Shown here piece after piece: positions 1 to 9,678 of a stretch of 64,000 bases of DNA. A program made the translations under genes and the position numbers. The stretch's first letter is position 1; every line of letters starts with the position of its first letter. The notes beneath the pieces are model-generated. The model saw only the letters and a program-made list of their open reading frames with translations. It was not told where the DNA came from and did not search any database. Source of the DNA: Candidatus Latescibacterota bacterium (lineage in GTDB: Bacteria > Latescibacterota > UBA2968 > GCA-2709665); the NCBI GenBank assembly GCA_965219455.1, contig OZ244744.1:4320001-4384000 (forward strand), in the 5' to 3' direction.

Positions 1-1
1 A

Positions 2-2260
2 ATGAAGTCTGACCACCCCGATTCCATAAGGGTGGCGATCGGGCAATTGGAAGGAGCCCTGAAAGCGTATCCCAACCCTGCCCTGCTGCGCGTGCGTCTT
101 GGAATGCTCTATCTGAAGGCGAGGGACGCGCAACGGGCGAGGGCGCGTTTCAGAGACGCACTTATTGAGGATTCCACGCTGGTGGCGGCGCGGTACGGCC
201 TGGGACGGGTTTATCTCGAGTTGATGAATAATCCCAAACGGGCGGTGACGAACCTCAAACACGCCATTCGCATCGATTCCACCTATGTCGACGCCCATCA
301 ACTGATGGGACGGGCATATCTGAAAATGCGCAAGAAGAACGAGGTTGTGGCGTCGGCCCGGGCCGCGCTCCGGCACGATCCTGACCATGCGCCGTCGTAC
401 ATGCTTCTGGCCGACTATTATCTCTCGCTGGGGAATGCGCGGGAAGCCATCCGGTATTTTCAGGAATTCCTCTCGCGCCACCCCGAAGATGAGGAATCCG
501 CGTTTGATTTTGCGATGCATCTTCTGGAGATCGGGAGGTACGACGAGGTGCTGCAACTGGCGGCGCTGATGGGTCCGCAACGGGGGTTGCCCCTTGAGGC
601 GCAGGTCCTGGCCGCCTGGGGAGATCACGAAGAGGCCCTCCAGGCGTTCGAGCGGTATGTTTCACTGCAGCCGGAGAAGGCGCGATCGGTATATCATGAC
701 ATCTCTATTGTGGCTGGAACCGAGGACGTTCAGGCCTATCAGAACACACCGCCGGAGAAGCGGGAGACGTTCCTGAGGCGATTCTGGCTGAAGCGCGACC
801 CGTTCCAGACGAGCGGCGGCGCGATGCGGCGGATGGAACACTACCGGCGTGTGTGGCAGGCAATGACCCTGTATGGTGAGATCAAGTGGCCCTTCGACGC
901 CCGCGGCCGGGTGTTCGTCAGGTACGGAGAACCCGACTGGCAGTCAAGTTGGCAGCAAATCAACGCCCAGGTGCCGCTCAAGGTGCAGCGGGTACAGGAA
1001 AGACTGGCGTTTCAGCTTTATGGAAAGCACGGGCACAACATGAACTTCATTGGCCCGGTGTATCCCATTCGGTCGGACCGTTCGGCCGAACGCGCGCTTT
1101 CCCGGTCGGTCTGGGGGACCAGTCACAAGCCGTTGTCCGGCCCTGAGGAAATCGACGTGGGACTCACGTATTACAAGCCGGTCACCACAAGCATGGATAA
1201 CTCGAAGGTGGGCTGGGATGTCTGGATTTATGCGGATATCGCAAACGGCTTAGAGGTCGTGTTTACGGATGAATTGTACAGTGGTGTCTACGATTTCGCT
1301 CCGGAACCGACGCCCGACGGGTACGATCTGAACGAACTCGCCATGCAACGCATGGGCCCCATGCGCAGCCTGATGTCGCGATTGCCCAACCTGGCGCCGG
1401 GCGCCCGGGTCGCGCGAATCTCGAAGGATATGCCCGAGCGGTACGACATCTCCCATCTGGATCCCATGGAGTTCTATTACGAAGCCCTTACGTTCCGGGG
1501 GCGCAACGGAAAGGCGGACCTTCAACTGAATCTGGGACTGCCGCTGGACAACGTCCTGGTGGCCGGAGACGGCGACACAACGGTGACGTTGGAACGGCGC
1601 ATCGCACTGATCGAAAACCGGACGGAACAGGTGCGGAAGACACGGGATCGGCTGGACGTGCGGATATCGTCGGACGGTAGAGGCACGGGGTTGTTGGCCG
1701 TGGACCGGGTCGATCTGACTGCGGCGCCCGGCACCTATCGGTTGGCGCTACAGATGTCCAGACTGAATACCAACCGGCTTCAGGCATATCACCAGGAGGT
1801 CGAGGTACCCGACTACGATGGCGGGCAGTTACTCCTGAGCGATTTGCAGGTGGCCTACCTCGTAAGCGAGGCCGGCCCGAATTCAGATCCCAGGTCGGTA
1901 AGGGGGAAATGGCAGATTGCCGCTGCGCCGTCCCGGGCGTTTCGTGCGGGCGATCCGGTTTTCGTCTACTTTGAAATCTACAATTTGACGCGGGATGCGT
2001 TCGGTAACACCCGATACGAGGTGGGGTACGAGGTGCGCCGGGGGAGAAAGAAGCTGAAAACGCTGGCCCGGAAGGGGTCGGGCGAGATGGTTTCGGTCAG
2101 CTACAAACAGGTGGGCCCCTCGCCTCACGAGTCCGACTACGTCGAGTTGGACCTGCGAAAGGGCAAATCCGGGCGCTACAGGGTTAAAATGACGGTGAAG
2201 GATCTCGTGAGCGGCCGGCAGACGGTTCGCGAGGGCCGGTTTCAGATCCTGCAGAAGTGA
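2..2260 (+). CDS. TPR + GWxTD-domain protein with C-terminal Ig-like domains (probably 5'-truncated by the window edge)
   Basis: N-terminal TPR helices; FWLKRDP...EHYRRV...FDARGRVFVRYGEPD core; WDVWIY; C-terminal VFVYFEIYNL and GRYRVKMTVKD strands. No signal peptide visible, unlike its two paralogs. Confidence 0.8.
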   Translation: MKSDHPDSIRVAIGQLEGALKAYPNPALLRVRLGMLYLKARDAQRARARFRDALIEDSTLVAARYGLGRVYLELMNNPKRAVTNLKHAIRIDSTYVDAHQLMGRAYLKMRKKNEVVASARAALRHDPDHAPSYMLLADYYLSLGNAREAIRYFQEFLSRHPEDEESAFDFAMHLLEIGRYDEVLQLAALMGPQRGLPLEAQVLAAWGDHEEALQAFERYVSLQPEKARSVYHDISIVAGTEDVQAYQNTPPEKRETFLRRFWLKRDPFQTSGGAMRRMEHYRRVWQAMTLYGEIKWPFDARGRVFVRYGEPDWQSSWQQINAQVPLKVQRVQERLAFQLYGKHGHNMNFIGPVYPIRSDRSAERALSRSVWGTSHKPLSGPEEIDVGLTYYKPVTTSMDNSKVGWDVWIYADIANGLEVVFTDELYSGVYDFAPEPTPDGYDLNELAMQRMGPMRSLMSRLPNLAPGARVARISKDMPERYDISHLDPMEFYYEALTFRGRNGKADLQLNLGLPLDNVLVAGDGDTTVTLERRIALIENRTEQVRKTRDRLDVRISSDGRGTGLLAVDRVDLTAAPGTYRLALQMSRLNTNRLQAYHQEVEVPDYDGGQLLLSDLQVAYLVSEAGPNSDPRSVRGKWQIAAAPSRAFRAGDPVFVYFEIYNLTRDAFGNTRYEVGYEVRRGRKKLKTLARKGSGEMVSVSYKQVGPSPHESDYVELDLRKGKSGRYRVKMTVKDLVSGRQTVREGRFQILQK

Positions 2261-2294
2261 GGTCGGACGTTCCCGTGGGGGGTGTCCTTGCATT

Positions 2295-2330
2295 CACGGA
2301 CGGATTTCGGTTGTCCCGCAATCCGTCCGT
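2295..2330 (+). terminator. Inverted repeat downstream of the GWxTD gene
   Basis: acggacggatt...aatccgtccgt stem about 35 nt after the stop codon. Confidence 0.45.
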
Positions 2331-2428
2331 TCGCGTGTGTGCCCCTTCAGAAACTCTTGTGGTGACGACACGACGTGCTACCTTTTGTTGCCGACGGGGT
2401 CCATCGATGGCGGGCACACAAAAAAAAC

Positions 2429-2457
2429 TTGACAAATTCGATTGGTCCAACTAAATT
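2429..2457 (+). promoter_or_regulatory. Putative sigma70 promoter for the OMP-TBDR operon
   Basis: TTGACA (2429-2434), 17-nt spacer, TAAATT (2452-2457), preceded by an A-tract. The spacer contains the palindrome TTGGTCCAA. Confidence 0.55.
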
Positions 2458-2950
2458 TCATGCAATTCAGTAAGATAAGGGGTAGTGTGTCAAATATGAA
2501 CCTCTAGGGTTTTAACGGTTTTTCCTATGTTTTATACATATTATAGGCCAATGTTTGGGGACCGCCTAGGCGTAATCGGCATGATGCATTCGTGTGCAAT
2601 TATGCCCTTTTTTGTTTTGCCAGGCATGCAAGACCCCAGGTTTCGTGGATGGTCGGGATTCAACTGATCGTTCGCTAAAGAACTGTTTTATGGTACGCCG
2701 GGGGGATTGAGGTGTATTTGGGTCGTTGGAAAGTTGAGCTTCGAATTCTGCCGGATTTTCCGAAGCGTCGCATTGACCGACTGGTTTCGTATTGATCTTG
2801 TCTATTCTGTATATCCATGTTAAATTTTTTAATCCCGAATCGCTTGCGTCTTCGAATTTCTATCACGGGGGTGGGCTATTTGGGGGGCTAACCGCTTTCT
2901 TTATGACTTCCGTCTCTGGTCTTGGTCTTTGGAGGGGGAGGGCAGTGAAG

Positions 2951-2981
2951 GCTGACCGCTGAATGCTGATAGCTAACAGCT
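2951..2981 (+). repeat. Heptamer tandem repeat, GCTGAnn family
   Basis: gctgacc gctgaat gctgata gctaaca gct. Confidence 0.7.
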
Positions 2982-3105
2982 TTTTTGAGAAAGGAGGTCG
3001 TCTATCGACAGAAGAGGAGTCCGTTTCGCAAATTCCGTTCGTGGGACGAGGGGAAGGGTGGAGGGGAGTTTCCGCATTATTCACTCTCAAGAGGGAGGTG
3101 AGTAG

Positions 3106-3825
3106 ATGAAAGTTGTGCGTTTTGCTTTTCTGGCTGTTTTTGTGCTGGTGGCAGTGGGTCTGTCAGACAGCGCATTGGCTCAGGAAGGTAGATGGGCGGT
3201 CGGCGGGATCGCCGATTACAACATCCCGATGCTTCGGCTCGGCGAGCGCTGGGGCGCCACTGGCAAATTCGGGGCAACGATAAGCTACGTAGCCAGCCAG
3301 CGCACCGTTGTTGAAATCGAGTACAATTACTCGAAGTTCACCGACGGAAAACCGGCATCCGATCTCTGGGTATACCCGATCGACGACCAGGAATACCCGC
3401 ACCCGAACGGCAAGTCCGAAATCACGTGGAACAACCTGATCGTGAACGGCCTGCTTTTTGTCGGCGAAGAGAACGCCACGCACGGGTTCAAGGCCAGGGA
3501 TTATCGGTATTATTTCCTGGTTGGCGGTGGTCTCTATCGTTACTACGCGATCAACAGCAACCTGGTTTATTCCCGCCAGACAAACGATCCTGTAGACTTG
3601 GGCTTTGTCATGGAAGACCAGATCGATCAGCGATATACCATCGGCGCCAATGCCGGCTTTGGTGTCGAGGGTTTCGTAACCCAGAACCTGGCCATCGACC
3701 TGCGTGCCCGCTACAGCTTTATTGTGGGCGAATTGCGCAATATGCTATTCTATGGGCTGGAGAAGGTGCGCCCCATTCACCTGGTCGACGTCGGCGCGCA
3801 GATGAAGTTTTACTTCTGGCGGTAA
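3106..3825 (+). CDS. Outer membrane beta-barrel protein (8-stranded OmpA/OmpW-like)
   Basis: RBS ggaggt; signal peptide ending ALA-Q; amphipathic strands (YFLVGGGLY, GANAGFGVEGF, AIDLRARYSF); aromatic C-terminus KFYFWR. Confidence 0.8.
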   Translation: MKVVRFAFLAVFVLVAVGLSDSALAQEGRWAVGGIADYNIPMLRLGERWGATGKFGATISYVASQRTVVEIEYNYSKFTDGKPASDLWVYPIDDQEYPHPNGKSEITWNNLIVNGLLFVGEENATHGFKARDYRYYFLVGGGLYRYYAINSNLVYSRQTNDPVDLGFVMEDQIDQRYTIGANAGFGVEGFVTQNLAIDLRARYSFIVGELRNMLFYGLEKVRPIHLVDVGAQMKFYFWR

Positions 3826-3868
3826 TTTACCGCAGCCGGGGTAACAACACTATGAAGGAGGTATCACA

Positions 3869-6800
3869 ATGAAGCGTAAGCTTCTGTTTTTAGGAGTCGC
3901 AGTTGCGGTCGCGGCCGTTTGTTTCGTCACGGGCGACCTGCAGGCGGGTGTCACCGGCAAGGTCAACGGCGTGGTGCGCGACCAGGCCGGCGAAGTCCTG
4001 CCCGGCGCCAACGTCGTGATCAAGGAACTGAATCTGGGTTCCACGGCGGATGCCGACGGATATTATGTCATCATCAATATTTCGCCGGGCGTCTACACGC
4101 TCTCTGCGTCCCTGATCGGATTCGAAACCGTATCGCAGACGGGCGTGGACGTTACTACCGACCATACCACCACCATTAATTACAACCTGAAAGAGACCGC
4201 CCTCGAACTGGGCGAGTTGGTGGTGACGGCCGGCCGTCCCCTGGTGGAGCCCGATAAGACCACCAGCAAATACACGGTTTCTCTCGAAGAGACCGAGCGG
4301 AACCTGGCGGCGGCCCGCCGGACCTCCGAGTTGCTCCAGTTGCAACCGGGCGTGGCCGTCGACGGATCCAACCGGATTCGCGGTGCGTACGTAGACCGGG
4401 GCTGGTACGGCACCGACGTGGCATACCTGGTGGACGGCGTCCGGATGAACCACAACGATGGTCGAGGTCGCGGCGGCCGGTTCCGCACCGTGAACCGCGG
4501 CGCCATCCAGGAATTGTCCGTCCTCACCGGGGTAACCCCGGCCGAATACGGCAATGCCCAGGGCGGTGTGGTTCAAATCATTACCAAGGAAGGCGGCGGT
4601 GAGGTGAACGGTTGGGGCGAGTTTCGCTACGAGCCCGCCGGCAAGAAGCACTGGGGCGAGAACGTGTACGATGCCCCTTCGCACCAGGATAAGGCAAATT
4701 GGGACGATCCCGTCTGGGCCAATGAGAAGTACCCGGACCTCTCCGGTCAGATCAACCATCCCATTTTCGAGGAACTGGCGGGCGAACTCATCCACGTCCG
4801 GACGAACTACACGGAATGGACCGGCTTCGGCGTCGAGGGCAACGTGTCCGGCCCGATCGGAGACAAGGCTTCGTTCGTGGCTACGGTCAAGAAAGACCAC
4901 TATGCCGCGTCTTCCCCGCGGGCGGAGCGGCACGGTTTCTACAATGACCGTGGGCAATTCCAGGACGATCCGGGCAACATCAACGTGTCCGGAAGTCTCA
5001 CGATCAAGCCCACTGCCAACCTCAAGTTGAAAGTGGGGGGGATGTATCTGGGTTGGGACTGGTATTCGAACGGCAATCCGGACCTCTTCGGCGGGCGTCA
5101 CGGCAGTGGCGGCGGCGCGATGAGGCGTGGCGGTGGCCGCGACCTGTTCCTTCCTGAGAAGTGGTCCGCGGCCGGTTTCCACGGTCTCAGCGAAGAACTG
5201 CAATACGCGGTGTTAACGCACACGCTCTCTCCCAGGACGTTCTACGAAGTGCGGCTTTCGCATTCCCGGTCCAAAATGGACACGATCAGCGGCACCCACG
5301 ACGTGACCAAGGACATCGCCCGGGATCAGGCGAGTTGGTTCAGTATCGGCCGCCAGGCCGCCCGATGGGGTCAGTCCGACCGCCAGCGCATCGGGGCCAA
5401 GGTCGATCTGTCGTCGCAGATAACCAAGGGGAACTTCGTTAAGGCGGGCGTCGAGTACCAGACCAGCGCCCTCACGATGATTTTCCGGTACGATACAACC
5501 CCGGCCGCACGGAATCTGCGGCTGATCGTGAACGAAGGCCAGATAGGCGAGAAGGTGAAACCCTTCTTCCTCAACGCCTACGTCCAGGATAAAATGGAGT
5601 TCCAGGGGATGATCGTGAATCTGGGCGTCCGCCTCGACACGTTCAATCCGAACTCCCGCCAGCTGACCTTCGGCGCGTTCCGGGGGAGTTCCATGTTCCG
5701 CTATTTCACCCGCGCGCGCGACTGGGCGTACCAGGAAGGCTCGCTTTGGGTTACGGACGCACCCTGGCACGTGAAGTTCAGCCCCCGGATCGGCGTGTCG
5801 CATCCGATTACGGAGCGGTCGCAGATGCGCTTCTCCACGGGTGTGTTCCTCCAGTGGGCCGACCTCTGGTACTATTTCGGGGAGGACTACTGGACCTCTG
5901 GCGATTCCGGCGACAGGGACGTGAATGAGAACGGCCGGATCGACGCCACGGAGCGGATGAACAACTTCCGTACCACTTATTCGGGTCAGAACGGGCTGCA
6001 CCTTCTGCAACCCGCCAAGACCACGGCCTTCGAGGTGGGCGCCGACTGGAACTTCGTGGCCGACTACACGGCCACGTTAACGGCGTACTACAAGAGCGAG
6101 GTGGATCATTTCACCTCATATCCCAACGAGACGTGGGTCGGTCCCAGGGACTTCGGGATTCCCTATTCACGTACCCTGGACAACGGCGCGTACGGCGATA
6201 CCCGCGGCGTCGAAATGTCCATGCGGAAGTCCTTCTCGCACAACTTCTCGTTCAACGTGTCGTACAACTACCAGTGGTCGCAGGTCACGACCGGTAAACT
6301 CGGCAACGTAATCCGCAACATCTACATGGACTCTACCACGGTGGTGCACCTGGCCACAACCAACGCGTTCACCGACAGGGGCGTAACCGTTCCGAATTTC
6401 TGGGTCTATTTCGACCCGCTTCCGGACGGCAGCGAGGCGCCGCGTCGGCTGACCGGCGACGACCTGGTCAAATACTCGCAGCAGGGCCAGCGCTACCACG
6501 ATGGATCGCGAGCGAAAGGCGGCCAGTTGGGAACGGGCGTGTGGGACGGCCTGCGTCCGGTTGACAGCCCGGCACTGGCGAACTGCGGCTCGAACTGCAC
6601 GGTCAAGATCAACTCGGGCAGCTATACCACGCTGTTCTTCCGCCCGAAGAGCGGCGACCGCCGGAACTTCGGGAGTTTTTCGCTGTTGGCGTCTTTTCCG
6701 GATGATTTCGAGTTCGGCCACGCTTTTGTCGGAACCGTTCTCAAGAATCTCCGGCTGAACGTCACCTCCCGCATCCAGACGGGCGGGATCTTCACCTACG

Positions 6801-7102
6801 CCCCGCCTCAAGGCGGAAACCGGTACTACCGCGACCTCGCGATGGATTCGCGCACCGACCTCGCCATTGAGAAAACCTTCAATGTGACCGGCCGGGTGCA
6901 ACCCACGCTGTTCGCCGACGTCCGGAACGTATTCAACCAGAAGGACCGGACCAGCCCGACCAACAGAAACTTGTGGTCGTATATCGGGTTGGACGGACCG
7001 ACGCCGGACGACAAGAATTATCTGAATTACGGCGACAGCCGGGATCGTTCGTACGCGCATACGCCGCGTCTTGCCCAGTTCGGGCTGCGCGTTAACTGGT
7101 GA
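3869..7102 (+). CDS. TonB-dependent receptor with N-terminal carboxypeptidase-regulatory-like domain
   Basis: RBS aaggagg; signal peptide; GKVNGVVRD...LPGANVVI...GVYTLSASLIGF; ELVVTA; plug motifs LQPGV, YLVDGV, PAEYGNAQGGVVQIITKEG; FSPRIGVSHPIT; C-terminal PRLAQFGLRVNW. Confidence 0.92.
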   Translation: MKRKLLFLGVAVAVAAVCFVTGDLQAGVTGKVNGVVRDQAGEVLPGANVVIKELNLGSTADADGYYVIINISPGVYTLSASLIGFETVSQTGVDVTTDHTTTINYNLKETALELGELVVTAGRPLVEPDKTTSKYTVSLEETERNLAAARRTSELLQLQPGVAVDGSNRIRGAYVDRGWYGTDVAYLVDGVRMNHNDGRGRGGRFRTVNRGAIQELSVLTGVTPAEYGNAQGGVVQIITKEGGGEVNGWGEFRYEPAGKKHWGENVYDAPSHQDKANWDDPVWANEKYPDLSGQINHPIFEELAGELIHVRTNYTEWTGFGVEGNVSGPIGDKASFVATVKKDHYAASSPRAERHGFYNDRGQFQDDPGNINVSGSLTIKPTANLKLKVGGMYLGWDWYSNGNPDLFGGRHGSGGGAMRRGGGRDLFLPEKWSAAGFHGLSEELQYAVLTHTLSPRTFYEVRLSHSRSKMDTISGTHDVTKDIARDQASWFSIGRQAARWGQSDRQRIGAKVDLSSQITKGNFVKAGVEYQTSALTMIFRYDTTPAARNLRLIVNEGQIGEKVKPFFLNAYVQDKMEFQGMIVNLGVRLDTFNPNSRQLTFGAFRGSSMFRYFTRARDWAYQEGSLWVTDAPWHVKFSPRIGVSHPITERSQMRFSTGVFLQWADLWYYFGEDYWTSGDSGDRDVNENGRIDATERMNNFRTTYSGQNGLHLLQPAKTTAFEVGADWNFVADYTATLTAYYKSEVDHFTSYPNETWVGPRDFGIPYSRTLDNGAYGDTRGVEMSMRKSFSHNFSFNVSYNYQWSQVTTGKLGNVIRNIYMDSTTVVHLATTNAFTDRGVTVPNFWVYFDPLPDGSEAPRRLTGDDLVKYSQQGQRYHDGSRAKGGQLGTGVWDGLRPVDSPALANCGSNCTVKINSGSYTTLFFRPKSGDRRNFGSFSLLASFPDDFEFGHAFVGTVLKNLRLNVTSRIQTGGIFTYAPPQGGNRYYRDLAMDSRTDLAIEKTFNVTGRVQPTLFADVRNVFNQKDRTSPTNRNLWSYIGLDGPTPDDKNYLNYGDSRDRSYAHTPRLAQFGLRVNW

Positions 7103-7108
7103 GAAAGT

Positions 7109-7143
7109 GGCCCGCCGGAAGCGCATGCCGCTTCCGGCGGGCC
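7109..7143 (+). other. Perfect 15-bp intercistronic hairpin
   Basis: ggcccgccggaagcg-catgc-cgcttccggcgggcc, with no U-tract. Confidence 0.75.
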
Positions 7144-7180
7144 TGCTCCGTAGTGCTTTCGAATGGAGGCAGAGAAGGAT

Positions 7181-9652
7181 ATGAAACGTTTGAATTTCAT
7201 AACGAAGGGATTGGTTGGCATTGCTTGTCTCGCCCTGTTCGCGGTCGGGTTCGGGGCGCCGCCGGCGGATGCCCAACCCACTCCCGACAACGTAGTCAGC
7301 AGGTACAACCTGAGGTCGGTGATTTCCAACAGTTACAACAACTTGGGCGGAATGGGCGGCAACCAGGAATGGGGACGCGGCAACCGGCGTAACGCCTATC
7401 CATGGAACGGTCAGGGGCCGGGTTCGTTCGGCGCGGTGCTGTCCCAGTTCACGTCCAACCAGAAGTCGCAGATGTACAACGACTACAAGGTCTCGGGCGG
7501 CGAGGGCATCTGGATCCTCAACGCCGACCGTGGCACCGTGACGGTAACCGGCCCTCGGGAGAATGTACAGATCTCGGAACACAACACGACGCTGCCCTAC
7601 GATCCGGTGGGCCAGCGCGAAGAAGGCTGGGGCCAGTCCAATCCGTTGCAGGAACTCGCGGAGGCGGTGAACAGCGCGATCTCTCCGGGCGAACAGGGCG
7701 CCTCGGGTTCCCTGTCCAATTACTGGCCGGGGGTCACCGCCGATGATGACGGAAGTCTTTATGGGGCCAACTGGGATCCGATAACAACCCCGCCCGCCCA
7801 CATAGCCAACTTCAACCTGGGCGCGCATAACCTCGTGGACGTGACGATTCCTGAAGAGACCATCATCGCCCAGTGGGTGGACAAACAGAACGGGATCCGT
7901 GTCACGCGGCGCGTATACAGCTGGTCCAATCCGGATTTCGATGACTTCTACATTGTGGACCTCACCTTCACCAACCTCGGGGACTTCGACGGCGACGGCG
8001 TGGGTGAGGCGCCGGGACCCATCAACAACCTCTACATTGCGTTTAAAAATGTGGCGGCGATGACGGCCATGGGCATTCTCGAGGAGTTCGGATGGAACTT
8101 CTACCCGTCCAACGCCCGCGGCATGGACGACACGATGTGGTTTACGGAGGCCGACGGCTATCCGAATGCCTATTCTGAGAACGGCGCGTTCGCGGGTGAG
8201 GATATGCGCGCGGTCATCCGCAGGGACTCCGACAATCCGTTTTCCTCGCACGACGATACCGGCGATCCGTTCTTCAAGGCGATTGTGCCTTCAAACTACA
8301 ACATCCTGCAGACCGAAGGTCAGCCGAGAGCGCCAAGCACCTATTTCATGGCGCCCCTCGCCTACGCCGACGACGCGGGGAAATTCTCGTTCAACGAAGC
8401 CGACCGGGGCCAATACGTGCAACCCGCGGAGGACAAACAGCCGCGTTCGTTCCAGTGGTGGCTGGCGCGTTCCACGGGCGACTTCGACGACCCCACTTAC
8501 ACCACGCACACCGCCGCGCAGTTGGCCAACACCGTTCTGACGTCGGGCTATCAGGCCAATGCGGACGAAGGTGACATTTCCACGCGCAAGGTGTTCCACG
8601 ACATGACGGTGTACGGACCGTACAACGTGGGCGCGGGCGAATCCGTGAAGCTCGTGTTTTCCTGGGGAGCGGGCCACCCGTCGCTGCTCGAGCCGATTCC
8701 CGCCAACGAGCAGGACGTTGGCATTTTAAAGTGGGACCGGTCGAGTGAAACCCCTGAGAACAAGATCAAAAAAGTCAAGACCAATGGCGAGAAGGCCGCC
8801 CTGGAGAATCTGAAGCTGGCCCACTGGGTCTACGACAACAACTACCAGGTGCCCGTCTCACCCACCGAGGCCTATATTTCGGCAAATAATCTCACGTCTT
8901 CAACCAAGGCCAAGCAATTGATCAGGTGGGGTAGAGAGTCCGAATCCGCGGTCAACCCGTATACCGGCGAACAGGATATACTCGGCGTCCGGCTGTACAA
9001 GTCGAATTGGTTCTCGTGGGGCCCCTGGGAGCTGTATGGGATCATCGACAACGGTTCCAGCGGGTCCTCCACCAATCCGGCGGGCTTGCCCCGCGGCGAA
9101 TGGGGCATAAATGCCGACGGTGTCTATGAATATGAAGACCTGGAGACCACGGCCGGCTTTTCCTACTTCTACTCGGCCCGGCCCTACGCCAGGGGGGTGG
9201 ATTCCTATATGTGGGACAGCGGGATGACTATCGACGACATCCCCAGTCCACGCGTGCAGGCCAATATCCGGAGGGGGTATGAGAGCGGCTGGGGGCCGTC
9301 TACGGCCAGGACTTTCGACGGCGACAACCGCAAGCCGTTCCAGGCCCTGTTGTCCAGCCTTCCCGAAGAGGTGCTCTTCGTCCCGAATCCGTATTACGTG
9401 GACGGAAAGCACCAGTACCCGAACTCCCGCAACCTGCGCATCGTGGGCCTCACTGCGAATGCGGTAATCCACATTTATTCGGCCTCCGGCGACCGCGTGG
9501 AAACAACGGACCGGACCCCCCTCGCCAAGGGTGAAACCGAGTTTCGTCAGATCTCGTTCAATATCGCTGGCGAGGTGCAGACCGGTCTGTACTATTTCGT
9601 GGTTGTAGACGGCGGAGAGACCCGAAGAGGCAGCTTCGTGCTGATCAAGTAG
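7181..9652 (+). CDS. Large secreted protein with T9SS type-A-like C-terminal domain
   Basis: Start MKRLNF after agaagga (ORF track starts at 7163); signal peptide ending ADA-Q; DFDGDG loop; FN3-like segment; C-terminal VPNPY...IHIYSASGDRV...TGLYYFVV...GSFVLIK. Confidence 0.8.
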   Translation: MKRLNFITKGLVGIACLALFAVGFGAPPADAQPTPDNVVSRYNLRSVISNSYNNLGGMGGNQEWGRGNRRNAYPWNGQGPGSFGAVLSQFTSNQKSQMYNDYKVSGGEGIWILNADRGTVTVTGPRENVQISEHNTTLPYDPVGQREEGWGQSNPLQELAEAVNSAISPGEQGASGSLSNYWPGVTADDDGSLYGANWDPITTPPAHIANFNLGAHNLVDVTIPEETIIAQWVDKQNGIRVTRRVYSWSNPDFDDFYIVDLTFTNLGDFDGDGVGEAPGPINNLYIAFKNVAAMTAMGILEEFGWNFYPSNARGMDDTMWFTEADGYPNAYSENGAFAGEDMRAVIRRDSDNPFSSHDDTGDPFFKAIVPSNYNILQTEGQPRAPSTYFMAPLAYADDAGKFSFNEADRGQYVQPAEDKQPRSFQWWLARSTGDFDDPTYTTHTAAQLANTVLTSGYQANADEGDISTRKVFHDMTVYGPYNVGAGESVKLVFSWGAGHPSLLEPIPANEQDVGILKWDRSSETPENKIKKVKTNGEKAALENLKLAHWVYDNNYQVPVSPTEAYISANNLTSSTKAKQLIRWGRESESAVNPYTGEQDILGVRLYKSNWFSWGPWELYGIIDNGSSGSSTNPAGLPRGEWGINADGVYEYEDLETTAGFSYFYSARPYARGVDSYMWDSGMTIDDIPSPRVQANIRRGYESGWGPSTARTFDGDNRKPFQALLSSLPEEVLFVPNPYYVDGKHQYPNSRNLRIVGLTANAVIHIYSASGDRVETTDRTPLAKGETEFRQISFNIAGEVQTGLYYFVVVDGGETRRGSFVLIK

Positions 9653-9678
9653 CGGGTTTAAATCAAGGAGGAAATGAC

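Noticed and set aside
2460-3105. Cobalamin or other riboswitch upstream of the TBDR operon
   Set aside because: No B12 box, TPP or c-di-GMP consensus could be identified by eye.
7100-7153. TBDR UGA stop followed by a hairpin, in frame with the next gene, suggesting selenocysteine read-through and fusion
   Set aside because: An in-frame TAG follows at 7151-7153, and the TBDR already ends in a canonical terminal-Trp beta-signal.
6167-8251. 694-aa minus-strand ORF and similar long antisense ORFs (3890-5203, 32992-34524, 36488-37840, 38800-40041, 45703-47133)
   Set aside because: Shadow ORFs opposite well-supported genes, as expected in high-GC DNA; no motifs or RBS.
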